Shown in pieces: positions 38,888 to 49,250 of a DNA stretch of 64,000 nt. The position numbers and the translations under genes were made by a program. The first letter of the stretch is position 1. Every line of letters begins with the position of its first letter. Origin of the DNA: an uncultured Bacilli bacterium (GTDB lineage Bacteria > Bacillota_I > Bacilli_A > RF39 > UBA660); contig CALVJW010000002.1 in assembly GCA_944332435.1 (NCBI GenBank), positions 8,353 to 72,352 of the forward strand, in the 5' to 3' direction. The notes beneath the pieces are model-generated. The model did not search any database and was not told where the DNA came from. It worked only from the letters and a program-made list of their open reading frames with translations.

Positions 38888-40017
38888 TACATTAAATCAA
38901 TTTGCTCTACTCTTGTTTCTATCATTTTTTCTTGTTTCATATTTTGAATTCCAATAAAACAAGCAAACAATAAAATTAAGAACCAAGCAATGATAAATGC
39001 GATAACTGATTTTGTAAAATGAAATCTTGCAATGGCCCCGATATAATCAAATACAGAATTAAAAACTGGAATAATAAGCATGGCAGCTAATGCTCCATCT
39101 GTAAGTGGAGTCATATATCGTAAAATTACAATTAATACTCCTAAAAATAATCCATATAATACTTGACCAATTGGTGTGACTGGACTTGTTTCATCATAAG
39201 CAGCAATAAAAATACTACCAAAAACTAAAGATCCTGAACAAATTTGAAATAACGGATACCATAACGATAAATGACTAAACTCTCCAATCATAAACGTCAT
39301 ACCAAATACCGTTGCAATTGTAACTAACGGAATACGCCATTTCAATTCTTTTTTTATTGTTAAATAAATCGCAAGCATCATACATAGTAAAATACTTGTT
39401 GTACCTACTCCCCCAGGTACAAATCCTAAAATGAAATCTAATAATGAACCATATGGTTCTACAATCGTTTGATAATTACCTAAATCAGAAATCGTACTAG
39501 CCATTCCAAGGGGAGTACCCAATTCAACTTCTAATGGATTCAAATAATCTAAAGTGGGAATAAAAGATAATAAATGTAATCCCATAATGAAAATCCAACC
39601 AACTAAAACTGGAGATAAATAAATTTTACCGAATAATTTACGCATGAAATATTCAAAAATAATGACTACAGCAGCACCAAGTACTACAAATAAAAGTGGT
39701 GTATATAATGGTAATATTAATGTATAAATAATACCTAAATTTAAACTATGAAAATAGTTAATCTTTTTATTTGGTTCTAATAATTGATGACAAATTAAAT
39801 CCACTAATAATGTCATAATCATTCCTGATAATACAAATAGAATTGGAAAAAATAACCCAGATAGTCCTACTTGTTTTGATAAATATGGTAATAAACCATT
39901 TTTAATCACAGAAAATAAAATTAAAATGCAGAGTAAGCAAAATAATTGAATGGAACGTTTTTGATTATTCTTTTCAGTAATTACATAAGTACCTGTCCCT
40001 ACTTGAAAATCCTTCAT
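38887..40017 (-). CDS. rnfD: RnfD/NqrB-family membrane subunit
   Basis: 376 aa polytopic protein with RnfD-like segments GGVGTTSILLCMMLAIYLTIKKELKWRIPL and AAYDETSPVTPIGQVLYG. Confidence 0.6.
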   Translation of the reverse strand: MKDFQVGTGTYVITEKNNQKRSIQLFCLLCILILFSVIKNGLLPYLSKQVGLSGLFFPILFVLSGMIMTLLVDLICHQLLEPNKKINYFHSLNLGIIYTLILPLYTPLLFVVLGAAVVIIFEYFMRKLFGKIYLSPVLVGWIFIMGLHLLSFIPTLDYLNPLEVELGTPLGMASTISDLGNYQTIVEPYGSLLDFILGFVPGGVGTTSILLCMMLAIYLTIKKELKWRIPLVTIATVFGMTFMIGEFSHLSLWYPLFQICSGSLVFGSIFIAAYDETSPVTPIGQVLYGLFLGVLIVILRYMTPLTDGALAAMLIIPVFNSVFDYIGAIARFHFTKSVIAFIIAWFLILLFACFIGIQNMKQEKMIETRVEQIDLM

Positions 40018-41291
40018 TTGCTACCCCCTACCTTTTGCTTTGCTTCTTGTACCATATCCCTTACTTTAATTCTCGAAGGACATAAATAAGTACATAAACC
40101 ACATTCAATACAACGTTGTGGCTCTAATTGTTTTAATATTTTAGGATGATTTAAGTGTTCCTTAATTAAAACTGGTGATAATCTAGTTGGACAATATTCA
40201 ACACATTTACCACAATGAACACATACTTCACTTACCTCTTTCCCAGTATTTGGTTTTAAAACTAACACACAATTTAAATTTGATGTTACTACCAAATCAG
40301 AACTTGGAATTGCTCTTCCCATCATTGGTCCACCAGCAATTAATTGAATCTTCTTATCTCTTTTATATCCCCCAATATGTTCAATTACTTCTTCTACAAG
40401 CACACCATTTTTTACAATTACATTTTGTGGCTTTTTTAATGCATCACCTGTAAATGTTATCATACGTTCTGTTAAGGGATGTTGATACTTTAATGCTTGA
40501 TAAATAGCATAAATCGTAGAAATATTATTTACAACGATACCAACATCCATAGAATACTTTTGATAACTAACATGTTTTAAATATTGTACTAATTTTTTTT
40601 CATATCCTAATGTATAAATATCGGGAACTAATACTAATTTGATTCTTAAATAAGTACCAATAAAATTATTAATCGTATGAATTAATTCCGTATTTGTTTT
40701 TTTAACAGCAATGATAGCCTCTGGTATTTGATTAATTTCCATAATTGCATCAATTGCCTCTAATATTTCTTCACACTTTGAAGCAGCTAAAACAGAATCA
40801 CAAGTAATATATGGTTCTGCTTCAATCGCATTAATAATCAAAGTATTAATCTTTCTTTTACTACTATATTTAACATAAGTAGGAAAACCAGTTCCACCAA
40901 GTCCCACTACTCCACACTCTTTTAATAATTCAATAAATTCTTCTTTACTATACTTAGTAAGATTTCTTTTTACACCTTTGTTTACTTGATACTTTTCTTT
41001 ATAATCATTTTCTATTACAATACATTTTTCCAATTTTCCATTTTGATAATATTTTTCTTCAAAACCAACTACTGTTCCACTAATACTAGAATGAATGGGA
41101 ATTCTAAGATTTCCTTTTCTTCTAGCAATAATACTTCCCTTATATACATAATCACCTTTTTTTACTAACAAAGTGATATTATCATCGTCTTGACTAATAA
41201 GAGGAATATAAACATAAGCAGGTTTATTATAAATACTAGCTTGCGTTTTACTAGATATTTTTTTCCACTTATGTAATTTTACACTCAACAT
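40014..41291 (-). CDS. rnfC: RnfC-family subunit (NADH-binding, 2x[4Fe-4S])
   Basis: GLGGTGFPT...LIINAIEAEPYITCD motif, plus two C-terminal CxxCxxCxxxCP clusters. Confidence 0.75.
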   Translation of the reverse strand: MLSVKLHKWKKISSKTQASIYNKPAYVYIPLISQDDDNITLLVKKGDYVYKGSIIARRKGNLRIPIHSSISGTVVGFEEKYYQNGKLEKCIVIENDYKEKYQVNKGVKRNLTKYSKEEFIELLKECGVVGLGGTGFPTYVKYSSKRKINTLIINAIEAEPYITCDSVLAASKCEEILEAIDAIMEINQIPEAIIAVKKTNTELIHTINNFIGTYLRIKLVLVPDIYTLGYEKKLVQYLKHVSYQKYSMDVGIVVNNISTIYAIYQALKYQHPLTERMITFTGDALKKPQNVIVKNGVLVEEVIEHIGGYKRDKKIQLIAGGPMMGRAIPSSDLVVTSNLNCVLVLKPNTGKEVSEVCVHCGKCVEYCPTRLSPVLIKEHLNHPKILKQLEPQRCIECGLCTYLCPSRIKVRDMVQEAKQKVGGSK

Positions 41292-41414
41292 ATTTTCACC
41301 TCTTCTTGTTAATATTATACCGATTTTAGAATAAAAAAAAAAGTATTTTTATTCATTTACTACAATCAATTGATATATTTTTGGTATACTAGCAACCTAT
41401 CTTTTTTATTTTAA

Positions 41415-41454
41415 GATTAAATAAAAATAGGAAAAGAAATTTCTTCCCCTATTT
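41415..41454 (-). terminator. rho-independent terminator of proS
   Basis: Imperfect AAATAGGGGAAG...CTTTTCCTATTT hairpin followed by TTTTTATTT on the minus strand. Confidence 0.45.
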
Positions 41455-43149
41455 CATATCTTGCTTTAAAAAATCTTTAATTTTATCTAATACATCTTCT
41501 ACTTTTATTTCTTCTATTTCTTGATTACGTATTTTAAATTCTACAATATTATCTTTTGCCTTTTTTCCAACTGTAATACGAACTGGTACACCAATTAATT
41601 CGATGTCATTAAATTTAACACCTGCTCGCTCATCACGATTATCTAAAACAACAGAGATTCCCTTTTCATTACATAATTCATATAATTGATTAGCAAGTGT
41701 TACTTGAGTATCATCTTTTTCATTAATTAAGACAATTCCCACTTGGAATGGTGCAATATTACTAGGCCATAAAATTCCTTTTTCCGTACAATTTTGTTCT
41801 GCTATAGCCGCCATAATTCGACCAATACCAATTCCATAACATCCCATAACTACAGAATGTAATTGATTATTTTGATCTAAATATTGTAATCCTAAAGAAT
41901 CAGAATACTTTGTTCCAAGTTTAAATGTATTTCCAACTTCAATTCCTTTTTTAAATACTAATGAATGACCACAATTTGGACAAGTATCTCCTTCTATAAC
42001 ATTCTTAATGTCCCCCTCATAATCAACAGTAAAATCACTAATATTTACATTTTTATAATGATAATCCGTACGATTTGCTCCCACAATAAAATTTTTCATA
42101 TAACGAATATCTTGATCCATAACAATCTTACAATCTAACCCAATTGGTCCGGCAAATCCAACTTTCGCATTTGTAATACGTTCTACATCATCTAAAGCAG
42201 CTAGTTCTACTTCATTTACTCCTAATAATTTCGAAAGTTTTAATTCATTTACATCACGATTTCCTGGTACCATAACCGCAGCAAAGTCATCACCAGCTTT
42301 ATAAATTAATGTTTTGACAAATTTTTCTTTTCCTTCTCCTAAGTAATTAGAAATTTCCTCTATCGTACCAGCATTTGGTGTAAATACTAATTCTTTTGGT
42401 AGTTCTGCTACTTTTTCTTCTTTCTTATCACAAATACATTTACTTACCTCTAAATTAGATGCATAATCACAATTATCACATAATACTAATACATCTTCAC
42501 CTATTTCAGTTACAGCTTGGAATTCTTCTGATAATAATCCTCCCATTGCTCCTGTATCAGCAGTTACAATTTTATAGTCTAATTTTACACGATCAAAAAT
42601 TCTTTTATAAGCATCAAACATTAATTGATAACTATGATCTAATCCTTCTAACGAAGTATCAAAACTATATGCATCTTTCATTAAAAACTCTCTTACACGT
42701 ATTAACCCAAATCTTGGTCTAGCTTCATCACGAAATTTAGTACCAATTTGATAAATATTAAATGGCATATCTTTATAAGAACGAATTTTTTCTTTCGCCG
42801 CTTGTACAAATAATTCTTCATGTGTTGGTCCTAAAGAAAAACTACGATTATTTCTATCTTTTAAAGTAAACATACTATTACCAAAATTATCTCTTCTACC
42901 ACTTTTGATATATACTTCTTCAGGAATTAAACATGGCATTAAAAGTTCATTCGCACCAGCAAGATTCATTTCTTCTCGGACAATTTGTTCAATATTTTTC
43001 ATAACTCGTAACCCAAGTGGCATGATCATATACACTCCAGCACTTGTTTTTTTTATAAATCCCCCTCGAACTAATAAATTACCACTTTTTGAATCTTCAT
43101 CTTTTACATCCTCACGTAAGGTATAAAAGAAGCTATTTTTTAATTTCAT
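41449..43149 (-). CDS. proS: prolyl-tRNA synthetase (bacterial type with editing insertion)
   Basis: 566 aa. Class II motifs, an INS editing domain, and a C-terminal anticodon-binding domain. Confidence 0.85.
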   Translation of the reverse strand: MKLKNSFFYTLREDVKDEDSKSGNLLVRGGFIKKTSAGVYMIMPLGLRVMKNIEQIVREEMNLAGANELLMPCLIPEEVYIKSGRRDNFGNSMFTLKDRNNRSFSLGPTHEELFVQAAKEKIRSYKDMPFNIYQIGTKFRDEARPRFGLIRVREFLMKDAYSFDTSLEGLDHSYQLMFDAYKRIFDRVKLDYKIVTADTGAMGGLLSEEFQAVTEIGEDVLVLCDNCDYASNLEVSKCICDKKEEKVAELPKELVFTPNAGTIEEISNYLGEGKEKFVKTLIYKAGDDFAAVMVPGNRDVNELKLSKLLGVNEVELAALDDVERITNAKVGFAGPIGLDCKIVMDQDIRYMKNFIVGANRTDYHYKNVNISDFTVDYEGDIKNVIEGDTCPNCGHSLVFKKGIEVGNTFKLGTKYSDSLGLQYLDQNNQLHSVVMGCYGIGIGRIMAAIAEQNCTEKGILWPSNIAPFQVGIVLINEKDDTQVTLANQLYELCNEKGISVVLDNRDERAGVKFNDIELIGVPVRITVGKKAKDNIVEFKIRNQEIEEIKVEDVLDKIKDFLKQDMK

Positions 43150-43229
43150 AAACTTCCTCCTTCATGTTATTTCATGCTTATATACTTTGTATTATACCAT
43201 AAAAAAAGATTACAACCAAATAACCTTTT

Positions 43230-45035
43230 TTAAAAACCACTTCGCTTAAACAATTTTTCTATATCATAATTAGAATAAAAAATGGTAGTTGGTCTTCCAT
43301 GTGGGCAATGGAATGGATTATCACAATTTTTTAAATCCTCTAATAAAGCACTAGCCTCTTCCATTGTAATAAATTGGTTTGCTTTGATTGCCATCTTACA
43401 ACTTAATGTTGTAGCTACTTTTTCGTTAAATTTTTCTATTGAAAAATTCTTTTCACAAGTAACAATTAATTCCATAATTTTACGAATTGCTTGTTCTTCA
43501 TGATCTTTTGGTAACCACACTGGATGAGCTTTAACGATAATTGAATTTACTCCAAATTCCTCTACATCAAATTTCATCTTTTTTAATAAGTCAAAATGCT
43601 CTTTTAACACAATAAATTCATTTGCTGGTAGTTCAATCGTAATTGGGAACATTAAAGGAATAGAATTCGTACTAGGATTTCCCATTTCTTTTTTATACCG
43701 TTCATAATTACAACGTTCTTTTGCTGCGTGTTGATCAATCATATACATTCCCAATTCATTTTGACAAATAATATAAGTTCCATGAACAATCCCAACCGGA
43801 TACATAAGCGGAAATCTTTCCTTTTTATTGGAAACATCTTCGGAAAATAATAATTCATTCGCTTGTTCTTCTTTTTTTTCTGTAACAATTAATGCTTCAT
43901 TTACTGAAATATCATCTTCTTCTGTTTCATAAATATTGGTATCAAAATTAATTGTGATTTCTTCGTATTTTGGTTTTGTAATACTTTCTTTTATCTTCAA
44001 AGACTCCATCTTCTGCTCTTCTTTTTTTTCTTCTATCATATGAGGAATTAATGTTTTACGAGAAAGTTTATTTTGAATCATATGTTGTATTAACGTCATA
44101 AGTTCTTCTAATTTACTAAATTTAATATCCATTTTCGTAGGGTGAATATTAACATCAACTAAACTAGGATCAACTGTAATATTAAATACAACAATGGGAT
44201 ATCTCGTATCTGGTTTATAAGAATGATAAGCATCATTAATTACGCGATTTAATTCGGTATTTCTAACAACTCTTCCATTGACTAAAGTAATCATTCCATT
44301 ACGATTAGAACGATGCACTTCCGGTAAAGACATATACCCCGTAATTTCATAATCGCTATCCTCGCCTTTTACTTCTACCATCTTCTTTGCAACTTGAATT
44401 CCATATACATCTTTAATCGTTTTTAGCAAATTTCCAGTACCATCCGTATTTAATATAACATTTCCATTATTAATTAAAGTAAACTTAATATTGGTATGTG
44501 ATAATGCGATTTTATTAACATAATCTGTGATATTAGCAAGTTCCGTATAAAGACTTTTTAAATGTTTTAAACGAGCTGGAGTATTATAAAATAAGTTTTT
44601 AATGGACATAATGGTTCCTTTTCTCGCATCCCCATTGCGAACTTCTTTTAACACGCCACCATTCATTTCTACAATGGTACCTACTTCTCCAGTTGAAGTC
44701 CGAAGTTCAACTTGACTAACACTGGCAATACTAGCAAGCGCTTCACCACGAAAACCTAATGTCTCAATATGATATAAATCTTCTTCATCATGTATTTTAC
44801 TAGTCGCATGCCGTCCAAAGCAATTAATCGCATCTTCTTTTTCCATTCCAATTCCGTTATCCGTTACTTTTACTTCTTTCGTTCCCGCATCAACAAGTTC
44901 AATTTTGATTTCTGTACTTTCTGCATCAATACTATTTTCTACCAATTCTTTTACAACGGAACTACAGCGTTCTACTACTTCTCCAGCGGCTATTTTATTT
45001 GCTAAAATTTCATCCATTACTTTTATCTTTGGCAT
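43230..45035 (-). CDS. mutL: DNA mismatch repair protein MutL
   Basis: GHKL ATPase N-terminus (ILANKIAAGEVVERCSSVVKELVENSIDA) and a C-terminal dimerization domain with a metal-binding motif. Confidence 0.9.
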   Translation of the reverse strand: MPKIKVMDEILANKIAAGEVVERCSSVVKELVENSIDAESTEIKIELVDAGTKEVKVTDNGIGMEKEDAINCFGRHATSKIHDEEDLYHIETLGFRGEALASIASVSQVELRTSTGEVGTIVEMNGGVLKEVRNGDARKGTIMSIKNLFYNTPARLKHLKSLYTELANITDYVNKIALSHTNIKFTLINNGNVILNTDGTGNLLKTIKDVYGIQVAKKMVEVKGEDSDYEITGYMSLPEVHRSNRNGMITLVNGRVVRNTELNRVINDAYHSYKPDTRYPIVVFNITVDPSLVDVNIHPTKMDIKFSKLEELMTLIQHMIQNKLSRKTLIPHMIEEKKEEQKMESLKIKESITKPKYEEITINFDTNIYETEEDDISVNEALIVTEKKEEQANELLFSEDVSNKKERFPLMYPVGIVHGTYIICQNELGMYMIDQHAAKERCNYERYKKEMGNPSTNSIPLMFPITIELPANEFIVLKEHFDLLKKMKFDVEEFGVNSIIVKAHPVWLPKDHEEQAIRKIMELIVTCEKNFSIEKFNEKVATTLSCKMAIKANQFITMEEASALLEDLKNCDNPFHCPHGRPTTIFYSNYDIEKLFKRSGF

Positions 45036-45070
45036 ACATCCACCTCTAATCATTTCTATTACTTATTATA

Positions 45071-45970
45071 TCATATTTTCTTTTTTTCTTTTTGATAACA
45101 TCCGCTCTTTTCGAAACTCTTTTGATAACAATGAAATAAAAGATTAAGACTATCCTTAGTAAATACTAATACACCATTCTTTTCTTGCATCATAAGTCCC
45201 AAGGACTCCATAAATTCATAAGTAAATTGATATGAACTATCTTCGTTCCACTCTAATAAATTTTCATATAATATTTCTTTCTCTTTTGTTTCTAATAAAT
45301 AAGATGATACAACTAAAGCAAGCGTATGAGAAATCAGTCGAATGGTTGCTTCACTATCACAATAGGCACTATCTTCTCTAATTAACATATCATTTAAATA
45401 AAAACTATTGTAATGATTTTCTAATGAAAGTAATTCTCTTTCCTCTTTTGTTCCAATTTGGTGTTTAGCTAAAAAGTCTTGAAACAATTGATCCATTAAA
45501 AATGGAATAATTTCATGAATATAATAAAATTCTTCTGTTTCTCCTTCTAAATTCGTCAAATGCATGAACTCATGAATAAAATTACTACCATCAATAATGG
45601 TATTCGTAAGAGGTAAATAAACACAATACTGATTATTTTCATAAACGCATGCGGCTAAATTTTCTTCGTTAAAAGAACTTGGTAATTCTGTTTCATTTGG
45701 TTGATAAAAATGAATCATGTCCTTTTGAAAAACTTCTTCTAATACACTTAACAAAGATGGAAAATATTGGGTAAGAAAAGAAGTAACAAGCATCAATGTT
45801 TCTTCTTTCGAAAAGATAGTTTGACAACAGTCTTTAAACTGACTAAATCGTAAAATATCATCTCGTTTTTTTGTTTGTATTTCATAAATTTGAAGTAAAA
45901 ATTGAATAAATTCTAATTTTCCTTTTTGATTCGAAAATTCAATATTATGTTTAATTTTATTTTCTTTCAT
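45071..45970 (-). CDS. hypothetical protein with an HExxH metallopeptidase-like motif
   Basis: 299 aa. HEFMH motif at about residue 134. No signal peptide. Confidence 0.3.
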   Translation of the reverse strand: MKENKIKHNIEFSNQKGKLEFIQFLLQIYEIQTKKRDDILRFSQFKDCCQTIFSKEETLMLVTSFLTQYFPSLLSVLEEVFQKDMIHFYQPNETELPSSFNEENLAACVYENNQYCVYLPLTNTIIDGSNFIHEFMHLTNLEGETEEFYYIHEIIPFLMDQLFQDFLAKHQIGTKEERELLSLENHYNSFYLNDMLIREDSAYCDSEATIRLISHTLALVVSSYLLETKEKEILYENLLEWNEDSSYQFTYEFMESLGLMMQEKNGVLVFTKDSLNLLFHCYQKSFEKSGCYQKEKKKI

Positions 45971-46036
45971 ACACTCACCTGCTTAAGTAGTTATTATAAA
46001 ATAAACCAAGAAAAAAAGAAAGTATTTTTTCCTTTC

Positions 46037-47830
46037 TTACTCTACTTCGTATTGTTTTAAAAATTGATATAAATTTTCTGCTGTCTTACTTGGCAATATT
46101 TTGCTTAACTCTTCTTTTGATAGTGATTTTAACTTTGTAATCGTATGATATTTCTTAAGTAGTTCTTTCTTTCTTTTTTCGCCAATTCCTTCAATACTAT
46201 CTAAAATACTTTCTAATGAACCTTTACTACGGATTTGTTTATGGTAGTGAATAGTAAAGTTATGAACTTCATCTTGCATTCTTTCTAAATAGTAAAATAA
46301 ATTACTACGTTTATTAATATCAATCTCGACAATCGGATCAAAGGCTAATAACTTACTTGTCGCATGATGATCATCTTTCTTTAGTCCTACTACTGGAATA
46401 TTCATTCCTAAACTTGCTAGTACTTCTCTTGCAACATGCATCTGTCCAATTCCCCCATCGACAATAATTAAATCTGGACGTTCTGAATCATCTTTTAATA
46501 CACGGAAATATCTACGATAAATGACTTCTTTCATCGTACCATAATCATCATTATGATCTAATGTAATCTTAAATTTACGATAATCATTTTTACTAGGAAC
46601 ACCATTTTTAAATACCACCATACCAGATACATTGTAGGTACCAAATAAGTTAGAGTTATCAAATAATTCAATACGATCTAATGTTGCTAAATGTAATACT
46701 TCTTTTAATTCTTCGTTAGCTCCACTTGTTTTTTCTTCATCTTTTTGAATCAATTCAAACTTATTATCTAAAGAAATTTTTGCATTTTCTTTCGCCATAG
46801 TAATTAATCGATATTTCACACCACGTACTGGCTTTTTAACAGTTACACCTAAAAATGATTCTAGTAATTTCTCATCTACTTCTTCTGGTACTAAAATTTC
46901 TTTTGGAAGTAATACTGATTTTTCATAGAATTTTGCAATATATCTTGTAAGTTCTTCTTCTAATTCATCGACAATTGGATAAATATGAGAATGTCTTTCA
47001 ACAATTTTTCCACCACGAATAAAAAACACTTGAATTGATAGATAACCCTTTTCTAAATAATAGCCAAAAATATCTCGATCAACCAAATCACCAATTTCTA
47101 CTTTTTGCTTTGTTAAAGTAATATTAATATAATCTAATAACTCTTTTAATTCTTTTGCTTTTTCAAAATTAAGTCGTTCACTTTCTTTAAGCATTTCATC
47201 GGTAATCTTCTTCGTAATTAAAGAATGATCTCCTTTTAAAAAACGAATAATATCTTGTTCCATATCATGAATTACTTTTTTATCAATCTCGTAACTGCAA
47301 TATCCTAAGCACTGTCCAATATGATAATATAAACATGGTTTCTTATTAAAAGTTCGACACTTTCTTAAAGGATACATTCGGTTTAATAAATTTACAGTTT
47401 CTCTTGCAGCTGAAACATTAGGATATGGTCCATATAATCGATTATGCTTATTCTTTTTACGATTAATATTACGAACAACTGTTAGTCTAGGAACAGCTTC
47501 TTTTGTAAGTTCAATGTAAGGATAACTTTTATCATCGCGTAATAGAATATTATACTTTGGATCATATTTTTTAATTAAATTTAACTCTAAAATCAACGAT
47601 TCTGTTTCACTTGTTACAACAACATATTCAAAATCCACAATTTCACTGACTAAACGAGCAGTTTTCCCGGTATGAGTGCCACGGAAATAAGAACTAAGTC
47701 GATTCTTTAATTTTTTCGCTTTTCCCACATAAATAACAACACCAGCTTGATTTTTCATTAAATAACAACCAGGCTGTTGTGGAACTAATGATAATTTTTG
47801 TTTAATGTGTTCCTTTACTTTGTCATTCAT
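46037..47830 (-). CDS. uvrC: excinuclease ABC subunit C
   Basis: GIY-YIG N-terminus (GCYLMKNQAGVVIYVGKAKKLKNRLSSYF), UvrBC-interaction region and a C-terminal HhH. Confidence 0.9.
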   Translation of the reverse strand: MNDKVKEHIKQKLSLVPQQPGCYLMKNQAGVVIYVGKAKKLKNRLSSYFRGTHTGKTARLVSEIVDFEYVVVTSETESLILELNLIKKYDPKYNILLRDDKSYPYIELTKEAVPRLTVVRNINRKKNKHNRLYGPYPNVSAARETVNLLNRMYPLRKCRTFNKKPCLYYHIGQCLGYCSYEIDKKVIHDMEQDIIRFLKGDHSLITKKITDEMLKESERLNFEKAKELKELLDYINITLTKQKVEIGDLVDRDIFGYYLEKGYLSIQVFFIRGGKIVERHSHIYPIVDELEEELTRYIAKFYEKSVLLPKEILVPEEVDEKLLESFLGVTVKKPVRGVKYRLITMAKENAKISLDNKFELIQKDEEKTSGANEELKEVLHLATLDRIELFDNSNLFGTYNVSGMVVFKNGVPSKNDYRKFKITLDHNDDYGTMKEVIYRRYFRVLKDDSERPDLIIVDGGIGQMHVAREVLASLGMNIPVVGLKKDDHHATSKLLAFDPIVEIDINKRSNLFYYLERMQDEVHNFTIHYHKQIRSKGSLESILDSIEGIGEKRKKELLKKYHTITKLKSLSKEELSKILPSKTAENLYQFLKQYEVE

Positions 47831-47894
47831 CTTATCACCGCATTTCTTTTTTTATTATACCATATCTAAAAAAACTCAGTAAGAAATACTGAAT

Positions 47895-48443
47895 TTAATT
47901 TTGTAAAAATTGATCTTCATTAATTTTATTAGCTACATCAACCCAACTAATTTTATAAAATTTATAACGATCATTAAACTGTTCTTGTGTTGTAATTGGA
48001 ATTTGTAATTGTTGAAATAATCGTTCTAATTCCTGGTAAGCACCTCGTTGTTCTTCTATACTAGAAATTTCTTTAGCAATACTAACAACATAGCCATAAT
48101 GATAAGTTTCGTCTAACGTAACTGTATAATTTTGATATTGATAAATTGCTCTATGACGAAACCATTTTATATCAATATGCATTCCCAAATTTTTCAACAT
48201 CAATTTCATTGTTTTAATATCTTTTAATGCCACTGGTACAATTAAGTCTTCCTTTGTATAAAATCCTCCTCTAAGTCTTAAGAATGCTAACTCATGGTCA
48301 AATACAAAACGAAAATCAACATCACTTTTATATTTATAAATAATTTGATTAAAATCTTTTCGTTCCTTGCTATTCGTCTCAAAATAAGATTTCAATTCTT
48401 GATACTTTAATTGATTAATAAACGTTCTTTTTTCAGCTACCAC
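47895..48443 (-). CDS. hypothetical protein
   Basis: 182 aa, no confident motif. Confidence 0.3.
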   Translation of the reverse strand: MVAEKRTFINQLKYQELKSYFETNSKERKDFNQIIYKYKSDVDFRFVFDHELAFLRLRGGFYTKEDLIVPVALKDIKTMKLMLKNLGMHIDIKWFRHRAIYQYQNYTVTLDETYHYGYVVSIAKEISSIEEQRGAYQELERLFQQLQIPITTQEQFNDRYKFYKISWVDVANKINEDQFLQN

Positions 48444-48525
48444 ATTCTCACCTACTATCTTATTTTATTGTAACACTATTTTGTTATTTGTCAAAATCAT
48501 GTATAATAACATTGGTGATATTGTT

Positions 48526-49125
48526 ATGAAAACAATAAAAAATAATAAAACAACAGAGTATACGATTCAAAAATCTCAGTTTATTACAGATTTTTCCATT
48601 GTTCATACCAAAGAGGAAGTCATTGCAAAATTACAACAAGTGAAAATAACTTACCCTGGTGCAACTCATTATTGTTATGCCTATATCATTGACCAGGAGA
48701 AACGTTGTAGTGACGATGGCGAACCAAGTAAAACTGCTGGTATGCCCATGTTAAATGTATTAGAATCAAACAATTTAAATCATATTTTATGTATTGTAAT
48801 TCGATATTTTGGGGGAATTAAATTAGGTGCTGGTGGCCTAGTTCGAGCATATACTAAAGCAGTTACTTCAGCACTTGAACAGAATAGTCTAGTAGAAATG
48901 ATAAAAGGTTATGAAATAAAACTAAAATTTTCATATGACGCATTAAAGCAAATAGATTATTTATTAAAAACCATACAAATAATAAAGAAAGAATTTCAAG
49001 AAACGATTACATATATAATTCACATCGAAAAGGAAGAAAAAGAGACAATTTTAAAAGAGTTAAATTCTTATCTATTAGATAGTAATTTAGAACAAGAAAT
49101 TTATATGACCAAAGAAATGGACTAA
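48526..49125 (+). CDS. yigZ: IMPACT/YigZ-family protein (UPF0029)
   Basis: HYCYAY...DDGEP...RYFGGIKLGAGGLVRAY motif. Confidence 0.8.
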   Translation: MKTIKNNKTTEYTIQKSQFITDFSIVHTKEEVIAKLQQVKITYPGATHYCYAYIIDQEKRCSDDGEPSKTAGMPMLNVLESNNLNHILCIVIRYFGGIKLGAGGLVRAYTKAVTSALEQNSLVEMIKGYEIKLKFSYDALKQIDYLLKTIQIIKKEFQETITYIIHIEKEEKETILKELNSYLLDSNLEQEIYMTKEMD

Positions 49126-49218
49126 GCATTTCTTTTTTATTATCATTTTATATCTACTTATCATTGTAATCATTACAATATAATATAACAATAACTATTT
49201 CGCATTAATTAAATTAAA

Positions 49219-49250
49219 AAAAAGAGTAATCATTTGATTACCCTTATGCA
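49219..49250 (-). terminator. rho-independent terminator of tsf
   Basis: GTAATCA-aa-TGATTAC hairpin followed by a T8 run on the minus strand. Confidence 0.55.

Noticed and set aside
43150-43229. T-box leader upstream of proS
   Set aside because: The intergenic gap between mutL and proS is only 80 nt, far too short for a T-box riboswitch (about 250 nt). No specifier or antiterminator elements are visible.
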